A program made the translations under genes and the position numbers. This document shows positions 14,737 through 23,328 of a DNA stretch of 28,624 bases, one piece after another. How positions within the stretch are numbered: the stretch's first letter is position 1; each line of letters opens with the position of its first letter. The stretch covers positions 1-28,624 of IMG/VR virus record IMGVR_UViG_3300027373_000015. One strand, given 5' to 3'. Origin of the DNA: a virus. Taxonomy: Duplodnaviria; Caudoviricetes. The notes below the pieces were generated by a model. The model had not been told where the DNA came from, made no database searches, and saw only the letters and a list, made by a program, of their open reading frames with translations.

Positions 14737-16239
14737 ATGGCCCTGATTGATCATACCAATTACAGCACCACGCTGAAGCAAAGCACGAACCCTGCGGGAA
14801 GCTCCCCGAACGGCAACATCTATTTTGATGTTGCCAATGATGAGGTGCAGCTGATCGGTGTTGATGAGCTGGCAACCGTTGATTTTGGATCAGGTGCGGT
14901 AGCAAACCCGCTTACCAATGTTGACGGCATCACCATGCGGGCGCTGTACAATTTTGAAAATGCCCGTCGCCGTGTTGATGAGACACTGCGTAAATACAAA
15001 CGTGGTACAGATGGTGATTACCGGTTCTCTGGTGCCTACAACTTTGTAAACGGAGTCAAACTGCGTACTGCTGACCGGAAGAAGATCAGGGGCAGCGGTT
15101 TCATAGAATTTGCCGAACTTGGTGACGGCTACACAACCAAAGACCGCGTGTATCACGGCGTTAAATCACTGGTGGCTATTCAGCCCACTACCACTGGCTA
15201 CTGGGCCTTGGTCACCGCAACCGATGAAGCAACCCTGCAGGCAGCCACCTGGGCTGACTTTCAGCGCCCTGGAAACATTGACGAGGTTGTGCAGGTACTT
15301 GGTACCACAGCCAACGGCGATACCGGCGCTGGTGATTTTGATTACACAGCCAGAACGCTGGTGGTACGGGTCCGCAGCTGGGGCTACAACGCAGGGGAAA
15401 CCACCTCTGTCGCCTCTGGTGTAACTGAGTTCAGCGGATTCTCTGCTGGATATGGTGTGGGTGAATCCCTTAATGCCAACAACAGCTATACGCTGGCTGA
15501 TGTCTTTGGTGGTGCTGCAGTAGCCCCCTTTACCGGCCTGTCTCTGGAAAAGCTCTCCACCCCGCAGGTTGAAACAGGCTTTAACGAGGCAGACGGTAGC
15601 TTTACGTGGGTGCTGAACAACACTGCAGGTGCCACGGTTGAACAGTGCGCAGCCTATCTGGATGCTGTTGCACTACAAAACGCTGATGTTGACGCGGGTA
15701 GTGGAACCTATAACGGCAAAAAGGGCCGGGTCTGGTACAGCCGCAATGCTGCCGGTAAGGTGGTTACCAGCTCTGTTGGTGGTGCAGGCCTGTTTGTTGA
15801 AGGGCTATCCATTGCTGAAAAGCAGAACATCATCCAGACCGACAACAGCAGCAACCAGAAAACCTACCCCTACTTCCCCAGCTGCGAAATCACGGTCGGT
15901 GCTGCAGCCGTGGCAGATCCAAATGCCTGGTACCAGATTTTTTACAAAGACGGTGCTGCCGGTGCTGATTTTGATACCGCCTCTGCAGTTACCGTAAAGG
16001 ATGCAGACGGAGTTGATGTGAAGGGCAACGTGGCCACCGATGCCAGTGGTAACAAGATCAGCTTTGCCTATGCCTATGACACCAACACACAGGCAGGCCT
16101 AGCTGCCGGGGTGGATAAACAGATGGTCGTACAGGTAGAGGGTGACGGCTACGCTGGCCAGGCGCTTACAGAATTTACCATGACCCGTGCCGCTGTTGTG
16201 GCTGTTACCTGCGCCCCTTCGGTTGACACCAATGCGTAA
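14737..16239 (+). CDS. Putative virion structural protein (500 aa)
   Basis: AAAGGAG SD; Gly/Ala/Thr-rich, beta-rich. Confidence 0.7.
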   Translation: MALIDHTNYSTTLKQSTNPAGSSPNGNIYFDVANDEVQLIGVDELATVDFGSGAVANPLTNVDGITMRALYNFENARRRVDETLRKYKRGTDGDYRFSGAYNFVNGVKLRTADRKKIRGSGFIEFAELGDGYTTKDRVYHGVKSLVAIQPTTTGYWALVTATDEATLQAATWADFQRPGNIDEVVQVLGTTANGDTGAGDFDYTARTLVVRVRSWGYNAGETTSVASGVTEFSGFSAGYGVGESLNANNSYTLADVFGGAAVAPFTGLSLEKLSTPQVETGFNEADGSFTWVLNNTAGATVEQCAAYLDAVALQNADVDAGSGTYNGKKGRVWYSRNAAGKVVTSSVGGAGLFVEGLSIAEKQNIIQTDNSSNQKTYPYFPSCEITVGAAAVADPNAWYQIFYKDGAAGADFDTASAVTVKDADGVDVKGNVATDASGNKISFAYAYDTNTQAGLAAGVDKQMVVQVEGDGYAGQALTEFTMTRAAVVAVTCAPSVDTNA

Positions 16240-16561
16240 GATACTACGCACTCAACAGATCATTATTGATCTGCCCAAGCCAGGCGCTGAACCGTGGATG
16301 CAAGTGGTGGTGCAGTACGTTGAAATGTCTGACGATCTGCAGGAGGTTATCAACACGGTAGGCACCTGGAACCAGTTTAGTGTCCGTGTTGCTGCTGTTG
16401 CTGGCTCTTTGTATCCGCTGGTTGATCCCGTGCAGCCTCCTGCTGGACTGATCAGTAACGCCGGTATCGTGCAATCAATTGGGCTATCAGTCATTGACAT
16501 GATCATTAAGCGCTATGGCGGCACCTTTGATCCGGCAACCGGCGACATCGTACTGGAGTAG
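16232..16561 (+). CDS. Hypothetical protein
   Basis: ATG overlapping upstream stop; fills gap in operon. Confidence 0.65.
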   Translation: MRKILRTQQIIIDLPKPGAEPWMQVVVQYVEMSDDLQEVINTVGTWNQFSVRVAAVAGSLYPLVDPVQPPAGLISNAGIVQSIGLSVIDMIIKRYGGTFDPATGDIVLE

Positions 16562-16563
16562 CA

Positions 16564-17049
16564 ATGGCCCTGATAGACCACATAGATGGTGCAAACCGCG
16601 ACATCTACCTAAGCGCAGACACCGTGGGTGCCTCTATCCACCCGATTTCCATTTACAAAGAGTATCGGGGACTGCGTCGCACTGACGAAACCCTGCGCCG
16701 GTTCTCCCCCCTGCTGTCTGCCAAGGGTAACGATTTCAAGGGTGGTGGCAAATACACGGAACGGTACGTGATTGAACACAATGGCACCAGGATCATCCCC
16801 TATGACGTGAGCCATGCACTGACGATAACCGGAACGATCATCACTGACGATGGACAAGAGGGCATCGCCTGTTTTGACCGTACACCATTAAGCAGCACCA
16901 CCCGTGTGGATATCAACTACGTTCCGCCACAGGTAGAAATTATTCAGGTGTCCTCCGGCAGCGGGCTATCAACTGAAGAGCACAACAAGCTGATGGCGGT
17001 ACCAACGGCAACCGGCAACGCAAGTGCGGTTTGGGAGTACACCCGGTAA
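16564..17049 (+). CDS. Hypothetical structural protein, N-terminus paralogous to 14737 ORF
   Basis: GGAG SD; MALIDH...RR.DETLR shared. Confidence 0.7.
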   Translation: MALIDHIDGANRDIYLSADTVGASIHPISIYKEYRGLRRTDETLRRFSPLLSAKGNDFKGGGKYTERYVIEHNGTRIIPYDVSHALTITGTIITDDGQEGIACFDRTPLSSTTRVDINYVPPQVEIIQVSSGSGLSTEEHNKLMAVPTATGNASAVWEYTR

Positions 17050-17309
17050 TGGATGCCTGGGAAACTCTGGCAGCCCTCTCCACCACCGGTGATGCCTGGG
17101 AACGGCTGAATGGGATTACCGGGGGTGGTGGCGGGGTTATTGCCCTTGATGTAGGCACCCTGTCACCAATAGAGGCCGGTGTTGTTATCATCGGTATCGA
17201 CCTGGTGGCGCTGTCTGAACCAATTGACACAGAATTGCTGCTGTCTGCAGCAGATCTGCAAACCATAACAGAAACACCGGACATAACCAGTATTGAGGTG
17301 TGCCAATGA
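17049..17309 (+). CDS. Hypothetical protein
   Basis: TAATG overlap; DAWETL/DAWERL internal repeat. Confidence 0.6.
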   Translation: MDAWETLAALSTTGDAWERLNGITGGGGGVIALDVGTLSPIEAGVVIIGIDLVALSEPIDTELLLSAADLQTITETPDITSIEVCQ

Positions 17310-17611
17310 TTGAAAAAATAGCAGGTAGTAGCATTTTCAGGGATTACCGCAGCCCAGAGGGAACAGAGTTTGGCCCTGAATGGTCAGGCTCCAGATGGGT
17401 CATCAAAGATGCGGTTGATTCAGCCACCCCCCGTGCATCTGGGCCTATCACCATCAGCACAGACAAGCTGAGGCTTGAACTGCGGGTGACTGAATCCGAT
17501 ACAGACCTGCCACCAGCAGACTACTTCTTTGCTGTGCGGTTTGAAAACTCTGCTACCGGTTTTGCTGATGAGCTGCAGGATACGCTGCAGATTCAGGCCA
17601 GGGGGATTTGA
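17306..17611 (+). CDS. Hypothetical protein (BppU N-terminal-like size and pattern)
   Basis: GAGGTG SD, ATGA overlap. Confidence 0.6.
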   Translation: MIEKIAGSSIFRDYRSPEGTEFGPEWSGSRWVIKDAVDSATPRASGPITISTDKLRLELRVTESDTDLPPADYFFAVRFENSATGFADELQDTLQIQARGI

Positions 17612-17838
17612 TGATCACAGACGCCATTAAGCAGGCTGTTGCAGTAATCGGAGGTGCCGCCCTGTGCGCCCAACTTACCAGCAGCCAGATAGCAAACGCC
17701 GCTTTTATGATTATCGTACTGCTTACCTGCGTAACTGTTATGGGCCATATCCTGGCCAAGTGTTGGTTGGCCAATCGTAAGGCCAGAAAGAAAAAGGAGG
17801 CGGCCCGTGGAAGAGCTGACAAAACTGATACCCCCTGA
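17608..17838 (+). CDS. Small membrane protein, holin candidate
   Basis: Two hydrophobic segments with basic C-terminus, upstream of endolysin. Confidence 0.5.
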   Translation: MMITDAIKQAVAVIGGAALCAQLTSSQIANAAFMIIVLLTCVTVMGHILAKCWLANRKARKKKEAARGRADKTDTP

Positions 17839-18064
17839 TGTCGGCTGGAAAGTGGCGGGCTGGTCATTTACTGCCGCCGTGACCATGGGCACCATGCTTT
17901 ACAAAGGGATCTGGAAGCGGATCAACCAACTGGCTGAAGACCTGGACGACACCCGTACCGATCTTGACCGGCTGATAGGGGCCTGTGGTGTAAACCACCA
18001 GAAGCAAACGCCTTGGGTAGGCGCGGAACGCAGAAAGGCAAAAAGGGAAACAGAAGATGAATAA
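17807..18064 (+). CDS. Single-TM protein with coiled coil, holin/antiholin candidate
   Basis: AAGGAGG SD, GTG start, directly before lysozyme. Confidence 0.55.
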   Translation: MEELTKLIPPDVGWKVAGWSFTAAVTMGTMLYKGIWKRINQLAEDLDDTRTDLDRLIGACGVNHQKQTPWVGAERRKAKRETEDE

Positions 18065-18530
18065 AACAAGAATCGGCATAGCCTCTTTGATGCTTTCCGC
18101 CCTAGGGATGATCGGCATAGCCAACCACGAACGGTTCGTCGGCCACACCTACAAGGATGCTGTTGGCGTTAACACCATCGGCTACGGTACCACCGCCGGT
18201 GTCAAACCTGGTCAGACCATTACGCCAGAACGCGCCCTGATCCGGCTGGGTCAAGACGTGGGCCAGTTTGAAAAAGACATGAAAGCCTGCCTGCCTGCAG
18301 ACCTTCCCCTGCACCAGTATGAATGGGATGCCTATGTATCCCTTACCTACAACATCGGCACCGGTGCATTCTGCCGGTCCAGCATAGTCCTCAAACTGAA
18401 GCAGGGCCCGCCTGATTATGCCGGTGCCTGTGAATCAATCCTGCTGTTTAATAAAGCAGGCGGCAAAGTCTTAAAGGGTCTGGTGGTGCGTCGGCAGACT
18501 GAATACAAGCTGTGTAAGGGGCAGAAATGA
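18057..18530 (+). CDS. Endolysin, GH24 phage lysozyme with SAR-like N-terminus
   Basis: E-8x-D-5x-T triad (HERFVGHTYKDAVGVNTIGYG), YNIGTGAF, GLVVRR; hydrophobic Gly/Ala-rich N-terminus. Confidence 0.93.
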   Translation: MNKTRIGIASLMLSALGMIGIANHERFVGHTYKDAVGVNTIGYGTTAGVKPGQTITPERALIRLGQDVGQFEKDMKACLPADLPLHQYEWDAYVSLTYNIGTGAFCRSSIVLKLKQGPPDYAGACESILLFNKAGGKVLKGLVVRRQTEYKLCKGQK

Positions 18531-18667
18531 GCGTCGGAAGGTTTTGCAAAAAGTGTAACCGGTTCACCGCTGCTAAAAACTGGTGCGACCGTCACGGCAA
18601 GTACGTTACCGGCTGGACAGATATGTGTGCAGAGGAAAAGGCAGAGCGTAAGGAGCGGATGCAATGA
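18527..18667 (+). CDS. Small Cys/His protein (46 aa, MSVGRFCKKCNRF...WCDRH), not in ORF track
   Basis: ATGA overlaps at both ends; CxxC and CxxH. Confidence 0.55.
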   Translation: MSVGRFCKKCNRFTAAKNWCDRHGKYVTGWTDMCAEEKAERKERMQ

Positions 18668-18768
18668 GTTGCTGTTTTTTCTGTCGGGTAAATAACTGCA
18701 AGGTCTGTGATGGCAGTTGCGGGGCATGCGGCAAAAATTGCCCCGGATATGAGGAGCCTAAAAAATGA
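18664..18768 (+). CDS. Cys-rich miniprotein (34 aa, 8 Cys), not in ORF track
   Basis: AAGGAG SD; ATGA overlaps at both ends; MSCCFFCRVNNCKVCDGSCGACGKNCPGYEEPKK. Confidence 0.55.
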   Translation: MSCCFFCRVNNCKVCDGSCGACGKNCPGYEEPKK

Positions 18769-19145
18769 CCTGGGCCATATTTGCAAAAGCTGCCAATGCT
18801 GCGCTGGATATCAAGGCCGTACAGTATGCACTTGTGGTTGCCGTCATTGCCCTGCTGGTGCTCGCGCTGGTTTATCGTGGCCGGTTGGAAGTATGCAGCC
18901 TGCAGCTTTCCGCTGCAAAGGGTGACAAAGCTGAATACGCGGCCTATCTGCTTACCCAGAATGCTGCCATCAAAAAGCAAGGTGATGCTATGCAGGCACT
19001 GCTTGAAAAGCTCCAGAAGGCAAATGCTGAAGCCGCTAAAGTGCGGGAACAGATGAAAAAGCGCCAGCAGGAACTAGGGCAAATAATCCTGCGGGGTGAT
19101 TGTCCGGCCATGGTCCAACAGGTACTTGATGAGGTGCGAAAATGA
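18765..19145 (+). CDS. Inner-membrane spanin (Rz-like)
   Basis: N-terminal TM then coiled coil; after endolysin. Confidence 0.75.
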   Translation: MTWAIFAKAANAALDIKAVQYALVVAVIALLVLALVYRGRLEVCSLQLSAAKGDKAEYAAYLLTQNAAIKKQGDAMQALLEKLQKANAEAAKVREQMKKRQQELGQIILRGDCPAMVQQVLDEVRK

Positions 19146-19387
19146 ACCGACTGACCATTTTGTTGATGTCAACAATATGGTTGTATGGCTGCTGCCCCCC
19201 ACCGGTGCTGATACCGGTTAGCAGCTGCCCACAACCGCCCACCATCACCATGCCGCTGCTGGCAGTTGATCAGCTGCCAGCCAAACCAGACACCGCAACC
19301 GGCCTGAAGGCCCTGGCTATTGATCATGTAACCCTCAAAGAAACCCTTAAACAGTGCATCATAGATCTGGAAGGATACAGGCAATGA
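19142..19387 (+). CDS. Outer-membrane spanin lipoprotein (Rz1-like)
   Basis: Lipobox LYGC followed by Pro-rich segment. Confidence 0.8.
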   Translation: MNRLTILLMSTIWLYGCCPPPVLIPVSSCPQPPTITMPLLAVDQLPAKPDTATGLKALAIDHVTLKETLKQCIIDLEGYRQ

Positions 19388-19650
19388 TAAATACAAAATC
19401 AGTCGAAATAGGCGGCCAGACCATAACTATCAGAGAGCTGCAGGTGCGTGATCTTATAGAGGCCCCTGACCAGGTAGGCAGGGTTACTGATGAGGGCATA
19501 CCGTATCTGGTGCTGCGCTGTATTGATAAAAAAGTTGAAGAGATAGCAGACTTGAGTTTTTCTGAGCTTGAGCAGCTTGAATCCGCATTTATGGAGGTTA
19601 ATGCCGCTTTTTTTCGCCGGGCCGGAAAGGCACAAAGCCCAACGGCCTGA
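19384..19650 (+). CDS. Tail assembly chaperone (gpG-like)
   Basis: ITIRELQVRD...SELEQL...EVNAAFF; upstream of tape measure. Confidence 0.8.
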   Translation: MINTKSVEIGGQTITIRELQVRDLIEAPDQVGRVTDEGIPYLVLRCIDKKVEEIADLSFSELEQLESAFMEVNAAFFRRAGKAQSPTA

Positions 19651-19856
19651 CCCCGGAACAGAATATAGCCCAGGCAGTATGCAAAGTGATTGCTGCCGGT
19701 CATGGTGTGGATGCTTATGAGTATGGTTTAACCTGGTTTATGAGGTGCCTTGAGGCTATTGAGGCTCTTGATCAGACCGGAATGAAGGCAACATCAGCAG
19801 CGGTGCGTGCAGCGGCACTTGAGGATAAGAATTGGCAGAGGTGGTGTAATGGCTAG
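19608..19856 (+). CDS. -1 frameshift extension of tail chaperone (gpGT-like)
   Basis: T TTT TTT slippery site at 19608-19614; -1 frame open for 80 further codons (..AGHGVDAYEYGLTWF..) to TAG 19856. Confidence 0.75.
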   Translation, partial: FFSPGRKGTKPNGLTPEQNIAQAVCKVIAAGHGVDAYEYGLTWFMRCLEAIEALDQTGMKATSAAVRAAALEDKNWQRWCNG

Positions 19857-22527
19857 TGAAACAAAAGTCATAATCAAAGGCGAAGACCAGGCCAGCAAGG
19901 TCTTTAAGAACGTGGGCAACGCTCTCGGGGATTTTGGCACAAAGGCCGCAGCGGTATCATTCGCCTTTAACCAGGTGACCTCTGCAATAGGTCAGGTTGT
20001 CAGCGCCATAAAACCGCTTATTGATGCAGCCATTACCATGGAAAAAATAGACAGCACCATGCGGGTGGCTGCCGGATCTTCTGAAGCTGCAGCTCAGGAG
20101 CTCGCTTTTGTCCGGCAGGAAGCCCAGCGGCTTGGTCTATCCTTTGTTGATGTTGCCCAGTCCTATGCAAAATTTGCTGTTGCCAGTAAAGGCACTGCAC
20201 TTGAAGGAGAGCAGACCCGTAAAGTTTTCAGCTCGATTGCAACAGCCTCTGCTGCCCTTAGATTATCAACAGATGAAACCAATGGCGCCCTAACTGCCGT
20301 GCAACAGATGATGAGCAAAGGCACGGTCAGCAGCGAAGAGCTACGTGGCCAACTGGGAGAACGTCTGCCCGGTGCTTTTAACCTGGCAGCAAAAGCCATG
20401 GGGGTAACTACCGCCCAGCTTGGTAAAATGCTGGAACAGGGGCAAATAAGCGCCGCTGATATGCTGCCAAAACTGGCGGCGGAACTGGAAAAGACATTCG
20501 GTGGTGAAGCTGCAAAAGGTGCTGACAGCCTGCAGGGTAGTATCAATAAACTTAATACCACATTAAAAGAAACAGCCGGATCTTTGGGCACAACTTTTGG
20601 CCCTGCAGTTAAATGGGTCCTTGGCTGGGTAGAAAAGCTTGCAAAGGCATCAGTAAACCTTTTTAGTCTGCTTGAGGCGCTTGGTATAGGGTTGGGTGTT
20701 GCAATGGCTCGCGTGGCTGTCCGCCTTGAGGGCCTTTTTAGTGGCGATTATCTTACTGATTCAGGGAAGAAGGCTATAAGGGCCAAGTTGGATGCAATAA
20801 ACGAAGGGGCACAACAAGAAATAGCTGCGTTAGAAAAGAAATACAGCACCCTGCTTGGAAAAGAAAACCAGCTAAATGAAAAGGCTGTAGATAACTCTGA
20901 AAAAGCAGGCAAGCTCCGCCGCGAATCAGCCAAGAAAACCGGATCTGATCTAGTAAAGATAGAGTCTGAATATGCAAAGGAAATGGGCACTACTCAGCAA
21001 AAACTAACAGCAGAGTACGACAAAAACTACGAAGACCGTAAAAAGGCATTAACCGCTTATTATGACAGCCTTAAGTCGCAGGCAGGCAGCAACAGAGAGG
21101 AAGAGCAATATGAAAAGATGAAGAAGGCCCGCCTGCTGGAACTGGAAAAACAGCATGCCCAGGATATCAATATTGTAAAGGCCAGAACCTATGCTGATGC
21201 AATAGCAGCTCGCCAGAGTGCAGTTGATGACGAAATAGCCTCCATAAATATGGCAGCTGCAAAAAAACAAATCACTACTCAAGAGGCTGAACGCCGCATT
21301 ACGGCCCTTACTGTTGCAAGCCTGCAGGACCAGTACCAGGCCAGAAAAAACGCTGCAGATATGGCAGCATCAATTTATGGCAAAGACAGCGCAGAGTATC
21401 AGGCCCGCCTAAAAGAAATGGAAGGTGCCCACAAATCGTATGTTAGCGCCAACCTTGCTGCCTATAAAAAATACTCTGATGAAATCAAGGCCATTGACCA
21501 GCAGATCAAGGATTACCGCCAATCGATTCAAGATAAAATAAGAGATATCCAACAGAAGGGCATGACGGATGGTCAAAAGTATGCAGATGACCAGAAGCGG
21601 TATGATGAGGCCGTAAGCGCCAGCCGTGCTGCTTTGGCGGTTAAGGATTACGATACAGCAACTAAATATGCCAAACAGGCTGAAGAGCTGGCTGGCAGGC
21701 TGGTTGATAAAAAAGCTGAAAGCAACACTAAATTACAAGAATTGGAAAAACAGCACCAGCAACGGCTGGCTGATATTGCAAAACAGTCAACAGGGAACCA
21801 GACCGAACAACAACGCCAATCATCAGAAGTTATCAAGGAAACCGCTGATTATGAGAAGCAGCGTATTGCTATACTGGCAGAACAAAAGGCAGCTACAGAT
21901 GGTATTACAAACGCCACCCAGGCGCTTACTGCAGTTGAACAGCTGCGGGTACAAATTATGGAGGCCCAGAAAAAAGAAATCGTAGATGCCCGTTCTGAGC
22001 TGGAGAAAATACGCGATTTAAAGCTGGAACCTAAGAACGTGGTAGTAAATATGGATCAGGGCGCACTTGCATCGGTTAAGTCTGAGATTGATGCACTGAC
22101 CAAGGATGCCACAAAAACCATCTACATTAAGACCGTGGGGGCATCAGGTGAGGCAAGTTATAGCAACACTAGTGGCGGTGCCACTGGTGGCTATTTTGCG
22201 GGCGGAAAGGTCACCAACGGTTCACCCCTGCGGGATTCAGTCAATGCCATGTTGGCCCGTGATGAGTGGGTCATCAACAACAAGGCTGCCGGTTTCTGGG
22301 GTGACAACCTGCTGGCCGCCATTAATGCCCCACTGTCCAGTTCTGGCCGCCGCCTGCAGGAAACCTTGCGGTCTGTGCCATCCCCCACACAACCCAACGT
22401 AACCCCCATGGGCACCATCAACCTTGATATCGGCGGTGGATCGTTCCCCATGTCTGCTCCTATTGATGTGCTGTCGGAACTGCAAACCGCCCTGCGTAGG
22501 CGTAAAATGACAAGGCCCAACCTATGA
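19849..22527 (+). CDS. Tape measure protein
   Basis: QMMSKGTVSSEELRGQLGERLPGA tape-measure domain, long helical region, GAGGTGG SD. Confidence 0.93.
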   Translation: MASETKVIIKGEDQASKVFKNVGNALGDFGTKAAAVSFAFNQVTSAIGQVVSAIKPLIDAAITMEKIDSTMRVAAGSSEAAAQELAFVRQEAQRLGLSFVDVAQSYAKFAVASKGTALEGEQTRKVFSSIATASAALRLSTDETNGALTAVQQMMSKGTVSSEELRGQLGERLPGAFNLAAKAMGVTTAQLGKMLEQGQISAADMLPKLAAELEKTFGGEAAKGADSLQGSINKLNTTLKETAGSLGTTFGPAVKWVLGWVEKLAKASVNLFSLLEALGIGLGVAMARVAVRLEGLFSGDYLTDSGKKAIRAKLDAINEGAQQEIAALEKKYSTLLGKENQLNEKAVDNSEKAGKLRRESAKKTGSDLVKIESEYAKEMGTTQQKLTAEYDKNYEDRKKALTAYYDSLKSQAGSNREEEQYEKMKKARLLELEKQHAQDINIVKARTYADAIAARQSAVDDEIASINMAAAKKQITTQEAERRITALTVASLQDQYQARKNAADMAASIYGKDSAEYQARLKEMEGAHKSYVSANLAAYKKYSDEIKAIDQQIKDYRQSIQDKIRDIQQKGMTDGQKYADDQKRYDEAVSASRAALAVKDYDTATKYAKQAEELAGRLVDKKAESNTKLQELEKQHQQRLADIAKQSTGNQTEQQRQSSEVIKETADYEKQRIAILAEQKAATDGITNATQALTAVEQLRVQIMEAQKKEIVDARSELEKIRDLKLEPKNVVVNMDQGALASVKSEIDALTKDATKTIYIKTVGASGEASYSNTSGGATGGYFAGGKVTNGSPLRDSVNAMLARDEWVINNKAAGFWGDNLLAAINAPLSSSGRRLQETLRSVPSPTQPNVTPMGTINLDIGGGSFPMSAPIDVLSELQTALRRRKMTRPNL

Positions 22528-22907
22528 ACATGTTTCTGAACACAATTGAGCTGCCGGGGCTGGTAATTGCCAATGACATGACCGGATCAGCTATCCGCGC
22601 CACCGCCTCTAAGACCCTTTCAGGCCGCGCCGTGGTCTGGGAAGAGCCCACCACAGGAGGCCGCACGCTGGATCTGGTTGGAGCTGCTGACTATGGCTGG
22701 CTGACCCGCGCCAACTTGCAGGCCCTGAACGCTCTGGCCGCCACCGCTGGTGCTACTGCAACCCTGACCCTGGCAGATGCCAGCACCATTACCGTGCGGT
22801 TCAGGCATGAGGACACAGCCATAGAGGCAACCCCTCTGGTTGCCAGACCAAACCCTGAATCAACCGATTACTACAACAACGTAACTATCAGATTAATGGA
22901 GGTGTAA
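22524..22907 (+). CDS. Putative distal tail protein
   Basis: Follows tape measure; TLSGRAVV...GR.LDL..GWL pattern. Confidence 0.6.
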   Translation: MNMFLNTIELPGLVIANDMTGSAIRATASKTLSGRAVVWEEPTTGGRTLDLVGAADYGWLTRANLQALNALAATAGATATLTLADASTITVRFRHEDTAIEATPLVARPNPESTDYYNNVTIRLMEV

Positions 22908-22908
22908 C

Positions 22909-23319
22909 ATGATTATGACCCCGGACGAAGGCGCCCTGGAAATACTTGAAGCGTATTTCCTTAATGTAGATTTAACCCTTAAACTGTTCACCAATGATAT
23001 TGAACCTGCAGACACCAATACAGCCAGCAGCTACACAGAGGCTGCGGGCGGTGGTTACGTTTCTATCTCTCTTAATACAGGCGGGTGGTATTCAGGTATT
23101 GAAGAGGGTATTGCCCAGGTTTATCAAGATGTTGTTACGTTTATGTTTTCTGGCCCTCTTACCACAAATGCGGATGTTTATGGGTACTATGTGGTTAATC
23201 CAATCACCGGGAAATTGATATTTGCTGAAAGATTAACCACCGCCATAACCCCGCTTAATAATGGTGATATTATTAATATTACACCTGTTTACAAATTAAG
23301 TAAGGGCACACCGACATAG
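22909..23319 (+). CDS. Tail-associated protein
   Basis: GGAGGT SD; LKLFTND...YTEA.GGGY...VYGYYV...AER. Confidence 0.65.
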   Translation: MIMTPDEGALEILEAYFLNVDLTLKLFTNDIEPADTNTASSYTEAAGGGYVSISLNTGGWYSGIEEGIAQVYQDVVTFMFSGPLTTNADVYGYYVVNPITGKLIFAERLTTAITPLNNGDIINITPVYKLSKGTPT

Positions 23320-23328
23320 GGGTTTGAC

